A stretch of DNA of 64,000 nucleotides from assembly GCA_050084985.1 (NCBI GenBank), contig JBITNC010000001.1, forward strand, positions 157,356,001 through 157,420,000, given 5' to 3'. The stretch is from Nageia nagi (lineage: Eukaryota > Plantae > Pinophyta). The notes under the pieces are model-generated. The model was not told the origin of the DNA and searched no databases. It saw only the letters and a list, made by a program, of their open reading frames with translations. The position numbers and the translations under genes were made by a program. Shown here piece after piece: positions 63,321 to 64,000 of this stretch (within the stretch, counting starts at the first letter, position 1; every line of letters starts with the position of its first letter).

Positions 63321-64000
63321 GAAACCTGTTCTTAAAATGTTTCCTTGAAATTCTGGTTCCTTATTGCTCCAAACCTAGTGGCTTAGCATTCAGAACTGCC
63401 TCAGGACTTTCCTGAGTAGCCTCTGTGTATCATTTCATCATCTGGCTACTTTAAGTCTTTAGAACCATCTTGATCTAGTCATCGCATAGGCAATCTCGTA
63501 TTTTGAGGGGTGTTGTGCAAGCACAACCGGTAGTAATGTAAAAGGAGAGATATGGTGCCATTGACATTCTTAAAAGACACTATGCAACATTTAAATGTAT
63601 ACACACATTTGCTCCCTTCAGATATGCATCAATCGATAGAAGAGAGTGTAGGCACATATTTTAATAGGAAGACAAAAGGCAGTTGCAAGATAAGCAATTG
63701 TTTAACAAAACAAGGTCTGTGATATAAGAGCAAAGGTTGTTGTGAAATCCATACATTTGGCTATTTGCACCACATTCACATCTGATTCTGGCATCCTGTG
63801 TTAACAATCATATTATTTTAAGTTATCAGCCCACACAGATAGGCAGGAGCTTTTGATGATCAGAAGCCAAGAAACAAGTTACACTTTTGCTCTTGAATTA
63901 AGTTCTCTATCTTGGCAAAGCAAACATTGGCCTATGATTTCTGTCTTCCACGGAGGCTGAGTACAAGGCATTATAAAGTGCAACCTGTAAGGGAGTAGTT

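Overview
Eukaryotic, AT-rich plant genomic DNA. The giant TE-filled introns and the LTR/LINE families suggest a gymnosperm (inference). The whole window lies inside one + strand gene, DNA topoisomerase III alpha (TOP3A). Nine internal coding exons (3344-55874) splice in frame and align with plant TOP3A. They include one GC-AG intron, a 35-nt exon and a 43,346-bp intron (4812-48157). That intron is a multi-level nest of LTR retrotransposon pieces, mostly solo LTRs with 5-bp TSDs, plus non-autonomous Ty3/gypsy elements. I found no LTR-element RT, RNase H or integrase anywhere. The most unusual object is element 'H'. Copy H2 (28405-36468) is bounded by TGTTGAC...GTCAGCA and a perfect GATGG TSD but has no internal direct repeat, so it looks like a ~6.8-kb solo LTR. 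It carries a ~1,170-codon ORF upstream of its TATA/R/U5 region, preceded by an array of TGGTCGCA-N38-TGCGACCA inverted motifs. A second diverged copy (H1) shows synonymous-biased differences. Both copies inserted ~83 bp apart in the gag of the same host family. A small non-coding two-LTR element (50868-53574) shares H's LTR 3' part but lacks the ORF. All coordinates were read by eye and boundaries marked approximate may be off by several bases. Letter names (A, B, C, D, F, G, H, I, M) are my own labels.
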